NCBI GenBank assembly: GCA_020137815.1
Contig: CM035352.1
Location: 5,022,001 to 5,086,000 of the forward strand
Length of the DNA stretch: 64,000 bases
Source: Hormiphora californensis
Taxonomy: Eukaryota; Animalia; Ctenophora
Direction of reading: 5' to 3'
The translations under genes were made by a program, and so were the position numbers. Below, one piece after another: positions 1 through 13,300 of this stretch (positions within the stretch are counted from its first letter, which is position 1; every line of letters begins with the position of its first letter). A model generated the notes under the pieces. It was not told where the DNA came from and did not search any database. It worked only from the letters and a program-made list of their open reading frames with translations.

Positions 1-205
1 GCACAGTTTTGCGCGCACATGTTTCCCACGCTGCGCGTCGCGCCGACCCCTCTACAAAACACCACCTTTTCGGTAGACCCACTCTCGCGCGGTGGGAACC
101 AAAATCAAGGGAGCTGGGGGAGATTTTACACACGGCCGACTGGAACACACACACACACACACACAACCTTAATTCAGAGAAATGAAAATCAGAAAACATA
201 ACTTA

Positions 206-3200
206 CCTCGGCTAGTTGACTGATACATGCTAGAATGTTACGGAACAGAGTCGAGGAGCATTCCTTGCCGCTCAACTGAAAATAATGGTTATCAGATGCA
301 AATAATATTTTGTTATCTTCTTCATAAATTACACAGGTGTCCTCCTCCCTATCCAGTCCAAAAAAACACACCGAGAAAAGGAGCCAGAGGTATGTAGTTC
401 CAAAATGTCAAACTGACACGTACCTTAGGTAGTAGACTGGCCATTACGGGTTTAAGGTAAAGTCTAACAAGTGTCGGCTGAGCACTCATAATCAGAATTT
501 GTAGGAGCTTCGCTGCTTTCTCTTTGTTTCTTGCTGAGGGAAATTTAAATTTGTAGAATTTTAGTTTCTACAGTCGGACCCCGATTTAGGGACACCCTCG
601 GGGGAAAGGCTCTTGTCCACTAAATCGGGGTGTCCACTAAATCAGGGTCAAATAATGTTAATTTCCTATATCGGGGAAAAAAATCCTGTTCCTTAATCGG
701 GGTGTCACTAAATCGGGAGCCCCTAAATCGGGGTCCGACTGTATTTGCAACAAATATATCATTCACAAAATTCAAACTATGAGGAGGTTTAATCACCTCT
801 AATTATTAATCACAACTTACCAATACCACTATGCTCCAACTGATGTAAAATGTGAGACAGCTGCTCCCTTAAAAACGGGAGAATATACGCCGGATTTTCC
901 TCACTCAGATGCCCCAGCAACTCCAGTACCACTTCCCTCACATCGTGACACGGATCATTCACCGCCAGGAATAGAAGTTGGATATTTTGGCTGAGAGCCA
1001 GCTGTTTATAGAACTCAGGACTAAACTCGCGGAGGGTTGTTAGTCGGATCTCTGGGAGGGGGTCCGCTATAACCACGGTTAGGAGTTTGGAGAGCACCTC
1101 TGACATTAGGGTGTGCGAGGAGTAGTGGTGGCTGTTCTTTATACCCATCAGACTTGACGCTCTGGGGGAGATGGTTGTTACATAATGTGGTTACATACAA
1201 TGGTTACAAAATGGTTACATGTTGGTTACATGGAATGGTTACAAAATGGAGGGTAGCTGTTAAATTCCCGGGTAATTTTATTCATCCCATATAATATCAT
1301 ATGATCAGATAGATAATACTCACTTTACACATTGAATGAGTTTCCGGGCACACTGTTTTAGCGGTTACACGTCTGATCTTTCCGTCCGGATTGTTCAGGT
1401 ACTCAGGGTTATTTAGGTACTCTTTCGCCAAATGGGTGATAAACGCTGCGGAGATAAGAGGATTTTAGTAAGTTACAACTAAGAAGAATTGTTAATACCT
1501 TGGTTGAACGTCGTTTCAGATCAACCAACTGATTTTACAATTTTAAATGTCAAACCTCTGTATATATCTCTAGACACTAAAAACATTAACAAGTGTGTGT
1601 AACCTACGTTTTAGTAGTTTATCCTCAAAAGGGAACTCTCCAATAGTCTTGATGGCCAGCAACTTACTACCATCGTCCAGGGGCGTCTGATAATCCGGAG
1701 ATATGGGGTAGGGCTTGTCATCCTTGATGTAGGGTACCCCCATTATAATACGGGAGAATATATTGAGGAGGACCATCTTGAGGGGGAGTTAATTAATTGT
1801 TAATTAAATGTGCCTTCAATTAAATACGTCTTCGCTACGCAAAAGTATGAAGAATTCAATTTTAAAACAAATAAAGGGTGATGACTCATTGTGTCCACCT
1901 GTACCTTCTATTTTGTCCTTGATATCAGGGACATACTGGTGGAGAACTGCCAGGCAATCAGTCAAACTCTTAGTAAGGGTCATTAGCAGCATCCCGTCTA
2001 TACAATCAACTATGTACTTAGAGAAGTGGTCTTTGCTCGCCTTGGCAAGGAGAGATATGAGCTGTAGGACGTGTCCCTCCACCTGTGGGTTAACCTTTCC
2101 TTTATACCTGAGAGAGGTGATGTTAACCTTTCCTTTATACCTGAGAGATAATTTTGTACAATGAAAAGCAGCAAATAACTTCTTCAGACCCTCATAATAT
2201 GAACAAGCCACCCGGGCCTAAATTTAGGACTAATTAACTAATAAATTAATTAACACGAACTTAGTAAGATCACGAGGGTTGGGGATGTAAGGTCGGACGA
2301 CTGCAAAGATCCTGTCTATGTAACTCATGATGCCACTTTGCATACTGAAGGCGATCTGGCCTATAGCCAGGAACGCAGTCGGACTAGTACCCCCACGAAC
2401 TGTCTTAGCCTGTAAAAGACAACCATTTGATTCAGAAAAGAAGTTTTAGCCTGTAAACAATTTGAGTATGTGTAATTTAATGATTGTTCCTGTTTTGTTT
2501 CGTTTATCTATTTGTGTAGATAATAGTATTCGGATTTGTTCCCCGTATGTAGGTATAATGGAAAACAGTCAAATGTATTACCTGATTTGTTAGATAATTA
2601 AAGGTGTCGGTAAGGAAATCAGAGAACTCATGACCATCGAAAGATGCCAAACGAGGGAGAGTCTCGGTCAATAGAAACTGGACCTCCGCATTTTTATTCA
2701 GCTTATACTTGAGCAACGATTCACCAATCTAGGAGAGAGGATGAATTTTGAAATATTGACAGAACTGTAAAATACAAACCAAAGCCCATTGTGGATAAAT
2801 TAGAAGTACGGTTACTCGATAAGATGATGTTTGATGAACAATTACCAATTAATTACCAATTAATTAACAATTAATTAACAATTAATTAACAATTACCAAT
2901 TTAAAGTTTGTGGTAGTTGAATCTGTATGGGAAACGTCAAGGAGCAACTTTTGACATTGCAACGAAAACTGGTGTCCCTCTTCTCCAAAGACATTACTCG
3001 GCCTATCAAAGCTGATGGAGATTTTTCGATACAAAGAGCAGACAAACTTTTAACTTGGGTTTGGGATAGTCGAGTATTATAGAGGCGTAGAATAGTTCCA
3101 GGATTAATTCTAGATGATGCTTGCAGTAGCTGTACTTACGATGTTATCTCAGTGGGGTCGGCATCATTGATCAAACAGGCGTTTTCCATCTCAAGGGAAG

Positions 3201-5163
3201 ATAATCCTATAATCTTGAGCAGGCTGAAGTCTTCTGGTCCACCTATAATGAGTTGCTATCAATTGGTTTATATCAATTGTGACCCATTCCCTTATAGGGT
3301 CTCCTGATTATGTCGTTGTACGACGAAACGTTTTCCTGAAATAACTTATCGAGTCTCTCTTCGTCCATATCATTCTATTAACTGATTATTTGGTTTATAC
3401 ACATGAAGCGATTGAACAATTTGGGAACAAGTCTTTTTGAGAGCAGATCTAACCGATAGAGTTTTCTTCATAAGTTAGAAGGTCTTCCTTTCTGGTAGCA
3501 CATCTCAGCAGCTCGTTGATGATCATTATACCACCTCGAATCTCATCAACAGTTTGCTGCAAGTAATAGATGTAGTATAGGGAGTGCAGCTTGGTTATAG
3601 TCAGTAGATCTTAGCTATAGTACTAGTCATTCTTTCGACTGTATCTACGTGCACCAGTTCTTTGAATTGTGAGACAAAGCTTCTATGTTCCTACCTTCTC
3701 TCTCGGTCTGTCCTCATCCCGTACCGGGGAAGACATCCCAGAAGCTGCCATACTCTTTCTCTCGTCATCTTTCTTCAGCATAAACAAGGCACCGTCTAGC
3801 AGCTCTCGGTAATAACTGAACATTTCAGATTAATAATTAATGGAGATTTTAATTTAACTGAACATTTCAAATTAATAATCAATGGAGATTTAGTTTGACT
3901 GAACATTTCAGATTAATAATTAATGGAGATTTAGTTTGACTAAAAAGTAGGTTTAATATTTGCAAGGCACTCACCATTTCTTGTCGTTATCCTCTGCACT
4001 GTGCTGCAGTGCTGACTCACGTTGAGCCACTACTGTTAGAGAAGCCCTCAGACAGGCTATAGCCGTGAACCGGATCTCTGTCTTGGGATCCCGTAGGGCC
4101 TTTAGTATGAGTTTCCTGAAGTCTTTGAGGCGCTGATAGAAGTTTGTCGGCGCGTTTATAACCATCTCCCTGATTATCAGCAGCTGTGTATAGGAAAGGG
4201 GTACTTTGGGTCACATTGTACTAGGTGTAAAGAGAGAAGCAGGTCTGTAGATATAATAATCGAGAGAATATCAATAAAGTAATACACACATACCGCAGCC
4301 ATTTTATCAGTCTTGAATTCCAACATCTCAAACGCCTTGCTCATAACAGGATTAACATATCGGTCATACAGGCTCCCCTCGGCCCTGACTAGCCGGCCCA
4401 TTGCCCAGGTAGATAGTCGGACTGTTTCATTGTCGTTACAGGTGTGATTGATGTTCATCAAGGTTTTGTTGTAACGGTGCGGTTGGGAGGAACTCTTACT
4501 GTCAGCCTCAACTAGGGCAACTAGAGAGAGAGAGATAATATGGGGGTAGTTGTGTATCTCATACTACAACTAGAGGGGGGTAGGTTACTAGTAAGGAGTT
4601 CTTACTGTCAGCCTCAACTAGGGCAACTAGAGGGGGTAGGTTGTTGTAATTGCAGATTTTAAAGTCCTTTATCCACTTGTTTTATCTTTAACAAGGAGAT
4701 TAGAGAGCCTAAAAAGTTCCTAGAATCTTCCTCTTCTCTCCTACTACTACTACTTTATAGTCTGAACATGACTCTCAGGTACATACCGATGGCAAGGATA
4801 ATTCCCTTCTTATCATCCCCGTTGGTGGAAACTCCCACAATTCTATGGTTTAGCTCGTCTATAAAGCTGCTGTACTTTTCCTGTCCTTCCTCCTGTAGCT
4901 CGCCCGCTATGTATCTGAGGAAGATGTGTTTTATTATGTCAGCTATCATGTAACTGATATGATAGGTTTTATTGTGTCGATATAATGTTAATGTTTGTTA
5001 ACAAAATCAATAAAACTAATCGACTGTCTTATCTTGAGTCACATTGTATATAATTGTCTATTTCTTACCTTTTCAGTTCGCAAGCGGCGATGCATCTCTG
5101 TCGATCATTCTTTGCCCTTTGGATATTGTCCAAGAATCTGTGAACCTGCTGTGCGGCAGCCAT
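206..5163 (-). CDS. MTOR: Serine/threonine kinase mTOR, 5' part (N-terminal HEAT repeats), multi-exon; continues beyond the left window edge
   Basis: ATG at 5163 (MAAAQQVHRFLDNIQRAKND..., donor at 5068). Exon peptides match the TOR N-terminus: YIAGELQEEGQEKYSSFIDELNHRI, INAPTNFYQRLKDFRKLILKALRDPKTEIRFTAIACLRASL, EVLSKLLTVVIADPLPEIRLTTL...LALSQNIQLLFLAVNDPCHDVREVVLELLGHLSEENPAYILPFLR. Introns are GT-AG. Confidence 0.93.
570..741. mobile_element. pogo/Tigger-like (Tc1/mariner) MITE, family CAGTCGGACCCCGATTTA
   Basis: TIRs CAGTCGGACCCCGATTTAGGG...CCCTAAATCGGGGTCCGACTG flanked by TA. The family recurs at 7523, 21990, 25751 (partial), 33110, 37711 and ~59900. Confidence 0.85.
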
Positions 5164-5559
5164 GTCACGCGTTACCGGTCACATTCTGCTATTGGATGTA
5201 TTAGTTGTAACTTGTACACTTAGTTGTGGTTCAATATAAATTAATAAAATGATGTTAGAAGCCATGGTATAAATTGTGTGATAAATACTTCATTACAAAA
5301 TTTACAAAAATCCATAAACAAACTTAATAAAAACTACTGTTCACGCAAATATCAAATATAATGTCCGTGGTCACACCTCCCCAGTCCCCAGTCCCCCGTG
5401 TTTGAATATTCATCAGTGGAGTAGCTGTCTATCTTTCAAATACCTCAACAATAACTCTCCCTTACCCTACCAAAGGGAAGTTCCCTCAGCCTCGCTACTA
5501 CCCGAGGGAGGTTTCCAGCCAGTCGAGGTAAGACTGTGGTATAATGGTTGGCGGTGGCC

Positions 5560-8500
5560 CTACCCGAGGGAGGTTTCCAGCCAGTCAAAGTGGGACTGTG
5601 GTATGGTGGCCATCTGATTCCTCTTCTTGATCAGTTTCCTAACGAACTCAACACACCTCTCAACCTGTTCAATAACCCTCGACAACTGTCCCTCCTCAAC
5701 TTGGCCCCTGTCCCAGCACCTCCTGAAGGCCACTCCCTCATTCAGCGTCATCCTAATGGCCCCCAGGATAGTTTTAAACTCGGGTGTCAGGAGGCAGTAT
5801 TCCTCCATGACGTAACAATATCTCCGATGAATGGCAACATATTCATCTAACTCCAACGCTCCCTCCAAATCACGTCTCATGTCAGTGCCGGTGCAGTGTA
5901 ACACCCGCTGCATGGTGTATGTTTGGATGACCTTCACAAAGTTTAACAACTGGTACCTGAACACGTGTACCGCAGTAGAGACGATGACGTCATGAGGCTG
6001 GTGGGTGACGTAATTGGGCTGGTGGGATCCCAGACAGAGAGGTTGGACACACCACACCGTGTAGTTGATCTCTAACAACAGGGTGAACACACGGTGATAC
6101 ACCTCCATTAGTTCCGTATCCAGGACAAGACCAATGGGGAAGGGAGGCGTGTACGTGACACACACACTTTGAAATGCGTCCAACTCAGGAGTTTTGGAGG
6201 AGTTGCTCGTTGTCCTGGTTACATCCATCCTGAGGTGATTTGTTAGGGTGGTGTGTGGTGCCAGACACTCCCTGAGGAAGGGGGTCATGGAGCGAATGGG
6301 TTCCCGGGCATACGCACTCTTATACATCTCCTCGCTGAACACTGACATGGGCTGGCCTGCCTCCATCAACAAGACCTTCCTAAGTGTGTCCATGTGAACA
6401 TCAAGGTGGTAATCTACCCGCAGGGTGTTTAGAAAACAAAGGGATACCTGACGACACCGCTCCGATAGGATCTCCCGGACTATCTTTGAGATGGAGGCGG
6501 ATGGGAGGATAGGGAGGGTGGTGATACGCGAGAAAATGTCCGTGTAAAGAGAGGAAGGGGAGGTCTGGGCGGGAGGTGATGGTGGAGAGGGTGTCTGTGA
6601 CTCAGGTGGCTCGTCAGAAAAGATGCTTAGTATCAGCGGGTCGGCATGAATGAATACGTCCCGTACCGAGTCAGAATGTTGAGGTTCAGCAACATGTAAC
6701 TGCTCTGTGCCACTGAAAAACCTGTCAATGAGTTGCGCAAACAGCTCCCTGCCCGTAACACCACCCAGTTTCCCCAAACTCTTCAATAGCTCTATCGCCT
6801 TTCCTGCCTTCAACATCTCCTCCGAGAGAGCCAGGAAAACCCCCGGGATTTGGTCCTCCTTGAGGCGGACAGGGTGCTTGAACACCAGACCCTCGCTCCA
6901 AAAGAGTGGTGATTGGTGGGCGATATCGGTGTCTCGGATAAGGAAGAGTTCACCGGTGGTATTGTTGAGTTGTCCCTCGGTCAACCACTGTTCCAGTGTT
7001 GATAGGAGGGGGTGGAGGGTACACAGGAGAACTGTCAGGATCACCTGCAGGAGGGGAAGATAATATGGGCGTTTGATGGTTGTTTGTCAGTATCACGTAC
7101 TGAAGGGGTGCAAGATGAGGGGGAGAACTCAGTAAGTATACCAGGTTCCTAAGACGTCCTTACAAACAAACAACCAAAATGGGTGGGTGTGTAATAGGAT
7201 ATGGGATAGATAACAGGGGGGGTAGTATAAGTGTCAACTAGTGCCACTCTAACCCGTGTGGTACCCCATCTTGAGCCCGGGTGAGGGGTTACTAAGAGGG
7301 GTACTAGGGGTTACTAGGGGTTACTAGGGGTTACTAAGAGGGTTACTAAGAGGGTTACTAACCCGTGTGGTATTTTCAGTGAGAACACCCATGCTCTCGT
7401 ACAGCTGAAGACTCTCAAATAGGATGTTAACGAGGCGGGTTACACACAAACTCGGACAATCGACCTCAACAGATTCCAGAATTGCTTCAACCTGGTGGTA
7501 ATTAATTACTAATTATATAATACAGTCGGACCCCGATTTAGTGGCCCCCGATTTAGTGGCACCCCAATTTAGTGGCAGGATTTTTTCCCCCGATATACGA
7601 AAATTAACATTATTTGAACCCGATTTAGTGGCACCCCGATTTAGTGGCATGATTTTTCCCCCGAGGATGCCACTAAATCGGGGTCCGACTGTACTAATTA
7701 TCAATTCAAACAGATATACTAGCACTATACTATTGCTGGGATTTTAGTAAAACCTAACAATACTGGGGTTTGTTTGAGAATTAATTAATTAATTTATTAA
7801 TGATTAACAACTTCATACCATGTCATAAAGGGCGTTAATGATATCAAAATGACCCCTAATTGCATCCTTCAACACCAAGAGTGACACAACCTCCTTCTGC
7901 TGTTGGACTTTTAACTCAATCTGGTGGATTGACCGGGATAGCTGGTCGAGATACATGATAACTGAACAGATGAAAGCTTGGAATGTTCTAGATCCGTAGG
8001 GGTGGGAGGGTTGGGCTACACAGTTCATCACTTCATCGCACAACCAGTGGAGTTTTTGGATCTGGGGAAATAGTGGTTAGTGAGATATACTCAACTAATA
8101 AAACTATCGATTGATGAAATAAAATGTACTACATTATGTAGTGTGAGCTACAAAAATGAACCCTAACCAGCTTGGACAAGCTTCAAAAATATAATAATTA
8201 ATCAAGCTACCATTGTAAAGTCGGATTTCTTGAAGTTGTCACCCCCGCCTTCTCGTGCACTCATGCGTGTGAATTTGGGGGTGACAACTTCAAAAAATCG
8301 GACATTACCATTTTGATCTTCTCTCTGAAGAACTGCAGGATATGATTTAGGGCATCGGGGGAGTAATGGCCAACAGTCAAGCCATCAGCCAAGCCCACTA
8401 CATCCTCAACGGTGGGGAAGACATAGCTGGTAGGAGCTCCTTGCAACATTGTTAATATCTCTCGAATTATCTGAGGTTGGAGGTAACATGGTCAATATCT

Positions 8501-10021
8501 CTCGAATTATCTGTTGAGTATGATAATAGTAACATTATCTGTAGCGTTCAAAATATTCGATATAATTCAATTTGTGAAATCTCGGTGTTATCCCGGCCCG
8601 AGTAAGTAATAAAAGATTAAATATTTGATGTTAATTTTATGTAATTAACATACCTGAATCTCAGTGAGGGGTATGTAAGGTGTTTTCCAGTACTGGTGGA
8701 TCACTGTTTGGCATATTTCAGAGTAGTTTGGGACCTCTGCGGGCTCCATTTCAGCCGCTTTTTCTCTCACCACCAATGCTGGGAAATTTTAGGAGGGTTC
8801 GTTTATATGTATCATATTACCGAATTTGTACACGTGTGTGTGATAATAGACTCGTCAGTCAGTATAATATGGTACATTCAGTGTACAGTGCTGTGTGTAC
8901 ACAGTTGCAGATGCAGTTGCAGCTGCATGCAGGATGAGCAAACTACGCATTACCTAGTTGAGGTCCGATGGGTGAATACTGTACAGTGTACAGCACTGTA
9001 CACAGTACACACAGCTCTCCACACACTACACACTGCACTACACTACGCGTTACCTAGTTGAGGTCCGATGGGTTCATCATCACCAATGAGACCCTCCTCA
9101 TCACCACTTGATGACCACCCATCCTCACTGGGATCTGAGTTAATGAAATCTGCAACTAGCAACTTGTGCCAATCTACCCATTCCTCCTCATCCTTCTCTT
9201 CATCTTCACATTTGGGGCCTGAACATGGGAACCTTGTTAGCATAACTAGCAAGAAGCGACCGAAACAAGTAAACAACCAATCAGAACTCGTTATTTAGGT
9301 CACGTGACTTGTTATCAGCCAATCAGGGATCAGTATTTCCTGATTCGGTCGGTTCCTGATAACTAGTGTAGTTACTGGTGTAGCACAGAGCACTGTAACT
9401 AGTAGTTTAACTAGTGTAGCAGTGTAATTAGTTAGAAGGTGAGGGTATTTTGTAGTAGGTTGTGGTGTGACTGCTGTTTTGTAGTAAATGAAACTATTAC
9501 TATTAGCAAGTTACTAAATTAATGTACATACTTGTGTAAGACATGTTGACTGGATTTCTGGAGACTGACATCAGAACTGTAGGACAGAACTCTCAATTTC
9601 AATGTCCTCCCTTCCCTCAGCATCCTCATCCATCCCGTATCCCAGGTACTCCGCGGTGTACTGCTCCAGGTCATCAGCCAGATCTCGCTGCCTTGCAACC
9701 CGAAACTTCCGGATCAACCCTTCAAACCTCCTGGAATAGGTGGTTATGTGATTATTTGTAACTTATTTGGAACTTAAAATTTGAGAAAACGCCTGCGAGC
9801 CAGACTCACGAGTTATTCATAGAACGTTTGATTTAACCTCTAATTTCAGTGTACCTTTTGACTTGATTAGAGTTGACTGACATAAACTTTTTATTGCTGA
9901 GTTTGTGTAAAACAGATTTGAAGGTTCCTTCAGTTTTATCACCCGGCAGTTCATTCTTAATCAGTTCCCTCAGAAGGTCCTGCTGCTCCTTCGACCGAGC
10001 AACGGCAAACTTCGAGGCCAT
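5560..10021 (-). CDS. TUBGCP5: Gamma-tubulin complex component (Spc97/Spc98 family), most like GCP5; about 8 exons, large last exon 5560-7025
   Basis: GRIP-domain motifs HMDTLRKVLLMEAG, YTPPFPIGLVL, YHRVFTLLLEI, LLNFVKVIQTYTMQRVLH. GCP5-like acidic insert EEEWVDWHKLL and RTFQAF motif. Start MASKFAVARS at 10021. Confidence 0.88.
7523..7691. mobile_element. pogo-like MITE (intronic)
   Basis: TA|CAGTCGGACCCCGATTTAGTGG ... CCACTAAATCGGGGTCCGACTG|TA. Confidence 0.85.
9250..9358. mobile_element. hAT-like MITE (~108 bp)
   Basis: Ends CA(A)GAA...GGTTCCTG with 8-bp TSD ATAACTAG on both sides. Same family at 19513, 20126, 29992, 57588 and 61118. Confidence 0.8.
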
Positions 10022-10354
10022 TTGCTAGATGATATTAATACGTTAATTAGGGGGTGTTCTATATTCATAATCGTGGATAGCACGGGTGGTAACTCGTTTC
10101 TTTGGATAGTTAGCCAAGGGAATCCATGGGCTCTCTGGTCAATCTCAGAACACAAAATAAAACGAGCGAAATTGAAAATTTGACAAAAACGCCGAAACCA
10201 AATGTATAGAGCTAAATAGTAAATGATGAAAGGAGACATATATAAATTAATTCACTGGATAGACAGTATTTAGTTCGTAAACTATGCTTTCATTAAAACT
10301 GAAAATCAATATTTAATCACGCATTTTGGTGGAGGTGGTTTTGATATGATTTGA

Positions 10355-13300
10355 TCACAAAAACTTGCTCATGTGCTCTCGACCGATGATCAGCTTCTGA
10401 ATTTGATCTGTTCCTTCATAGATTTGGAAGATCTTGGCATCCCTCATCAACTTCTCAACGGGGTACTCTTTATTATACCCGTTCCCACCAAACACCTAGT
10501 AGATAAAGTGTTAGGAACGGAAGTGGGACTTCTAGTTCCCTTGAGAAACACACTCGAATTGAGGATAATAATTGCTCTGCCGAACCCTCACAATGCAGTG
10601 CACAAGAGAATAACACCAACCATATATCATATCTGGAATTTACCTGGACTGCGTCAGAAGCGTTTTGGTTGGCTGCTAAGCCTCCATAAAGTTTTCCAAT
10701 TGAAGCGTAGTATGTGTTTCTCCTCCCCTCATCATAGTCGGCACATGACCTCCAAACACCAAGCTTTGCTGAGGGAGAGAGAGCAAGTAGTCGGTAAAAC
10801 GTTAAACGGCTATGTTATACGGTGTACCCTTGCTAAGTTGTGTTAACCATTCTTTCAGGGAGAGAGGTAGAGTCACCCCTACAACTGAGGCCGCGTGTGG
10901 CGCGGCAAAACGAGTTAGGTTACTGCGCCACCAAAGGTATATAGTGGTTAACTTACCCAGTTCATATCGCATTGCCATGTCCGCTAACAGGAAACTAACA
11001 GCCTGATGCATGAAGATGGGTTTACCCATTGTCTTTCTCTCCATGGAATACTTGGTTGCCTCATCTAGTGCTCGCCGAGCCAGACCTGGACATGACGCGT
11101 TAAAAATTAAAATTAATGGCACCCTCCTCATGTATGAACCATTCTTCTTCCACAGAGAATGAACCATGTGGTAGATCTAGGTAGAATTTGTAAACAATCT
11201 TGAATTTTTCATACTTTATGTTAGGCGGCTCAATAACAACCCGTACCTAAACTCATGGCACCTATCTAAACTCATGGCACCCACCTAAACGCATGGCACC
11301 CACCTAAACTGATGGCACCCACCTAAACGCATGGCACCCACCTAAACTCATGGCACCCACCTAAACTCATGGCACCCACCTAAACTCATGGCACCCACCT
11401 AAACTCATGGCACCCACCTAAACTCATGGCACCCACCTAAACTCATGGCACCCACCTAAACTCATGGCACCCACCTAACCTCATGGCACCTATCTAAACT
11501 CATGGCACCCACCTAAACTCATGGCACCCACCTAAACTTATGGCACCCACCTAAACTCATGGCACCCACCTAAACTCATGGCACCCACGGTAGGGCGGGT
11601 CTTGTCGAAGCACCTCATGGCAACTTTAAATCCACCACCAGGCTCCCCAACCACGTTCTCTGCAGGCACAACCACATCCTCGAATGTTACACCACGCGTA
11701 TCTGAGGCCCTGGGGAGGTAGGAAATTAGTTGCCCGGGTAGAAAAAGAGAGAGAAGAGGGCAAAGGAAAAGGGAAGATAGTGATAGATAAAGAAGGATAG
11801 ACACGAGAGAGAAAGCTACCTCTGTCCCATGTTCCATTCCTTTCTTCCGACAGTAACTCCAGGAGAATCAGCATCCACTACGAAGGCAGTAAAGGCCTTG
11901 TTGGCGGGGCATTTAGGGTCCGGGTCGGAGCGAGTAAACACAAAGAACCAGTTTGCATGTCCACAATTTGTTATCCACATTTTACCACCGTTTATTACGT
12001 AATCGTCACCCACTGATGGAGTGTTGGAATTTATTATATGACTAGGATTCAGAGTTTCAATCAATTGTTTGATTATTGATACTGTTCATGTTCATCCGTA
12101 CTCAACCGTCACCTCACCTCACCTCACCTCACCTCACCTCACCTCACCTCACCTCACCTCACCCCGGTGCCCAGATATTGCAAATACCCAAGAGATTAAT
12201 GCCCTTAATTTGGCAGCAAATTAAAGGCGAGGCAGCATATTGGACAAGCTGCCTAGTAGTCAGCAGTTCAATAAATATCGCTGTCGGCAGTAATAAATGT
12301 ACTGGAGGCCAGGGCTTAATCTTTATAAATCATTTAGAAAGTTTTTAAAAAAATGTCCCACCCGGGATCGGTCGGGAATCGAACCCGGGCCTCACGCGTC
12401 AGAGTGGAGGCAGCACAGGCAGCACAAATTTACCCCATATTTACATAGAAAATTTAGCCTCATTTTATGCAATATCAGTTTTACTTTTCCGGCTATTATA
12501 TTCGAAGAAGTATTCCAAACACGAATATGAAGGAAATAAACAAATTGAACGTCACAAATTTTCTTAATCCTTCTGCTGCCTCGGGTACCATTATTTACCG
12601 ATTTTTTGGCTATTCCCGCCCTTCTACCCATCCAATTTGGTAATATTCGGTACAGGGACATCCACAGTATCGATAAACAAGTGCCTAAACCGATAAACGG
12701 GGAAAAACGGTAAAACTTAGCATGATATAGAAGGCAGCATGAGGCAGCACGTATTTAGCTTAATTAAGATAGATCCGTGCTGCCGGCAGCACGAGTTCGA
12801 TTCCCGACCGGGCCCGGGTGGGACAATTTTTTTAAATTTTTTTCAAACTTTATAAATGATTTATAAATGATTTCTAAAAACTTTCTAGACATTTATTTTA
12901 CTAGGCAGCAAAATCGTCGATTTTTGGGACAAAGTTGGCAGCATATTTGACTTTTGAAAATCGTATTTATCTAAAATTTTGAAAATCCGGGCACCGGGCA
13001 CCTCACCTCACCTCACCTCACCTCACCTCACCTCACCTCACCTCACCTCACCTCACCTCACCTCACCTCAACCTTTACACCTCACCTCACCTCACCTCAC
13101 CTCACCTCACTTTCACCTCACCTTACTTTCACCTCAACCTTTACAGCTCACCTCACCTCACCTCACCTCACCTCACCTCACCTCACCTCACCTCACCTCA
13201 ACCTTTACACCTCACCTCACCTCACCTCACCTCAACCTTCACAGCCCACCTTTCCGGGATTTTGTCCTGGTAGCACCGACATCACTTCCTGCGGAGGGTT

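Noticed and set aside
11244-11588. CRISPR-like regular repeats
   Set aside because: No unique spacers; a eukaryotic minisatellite derived from an exon end.
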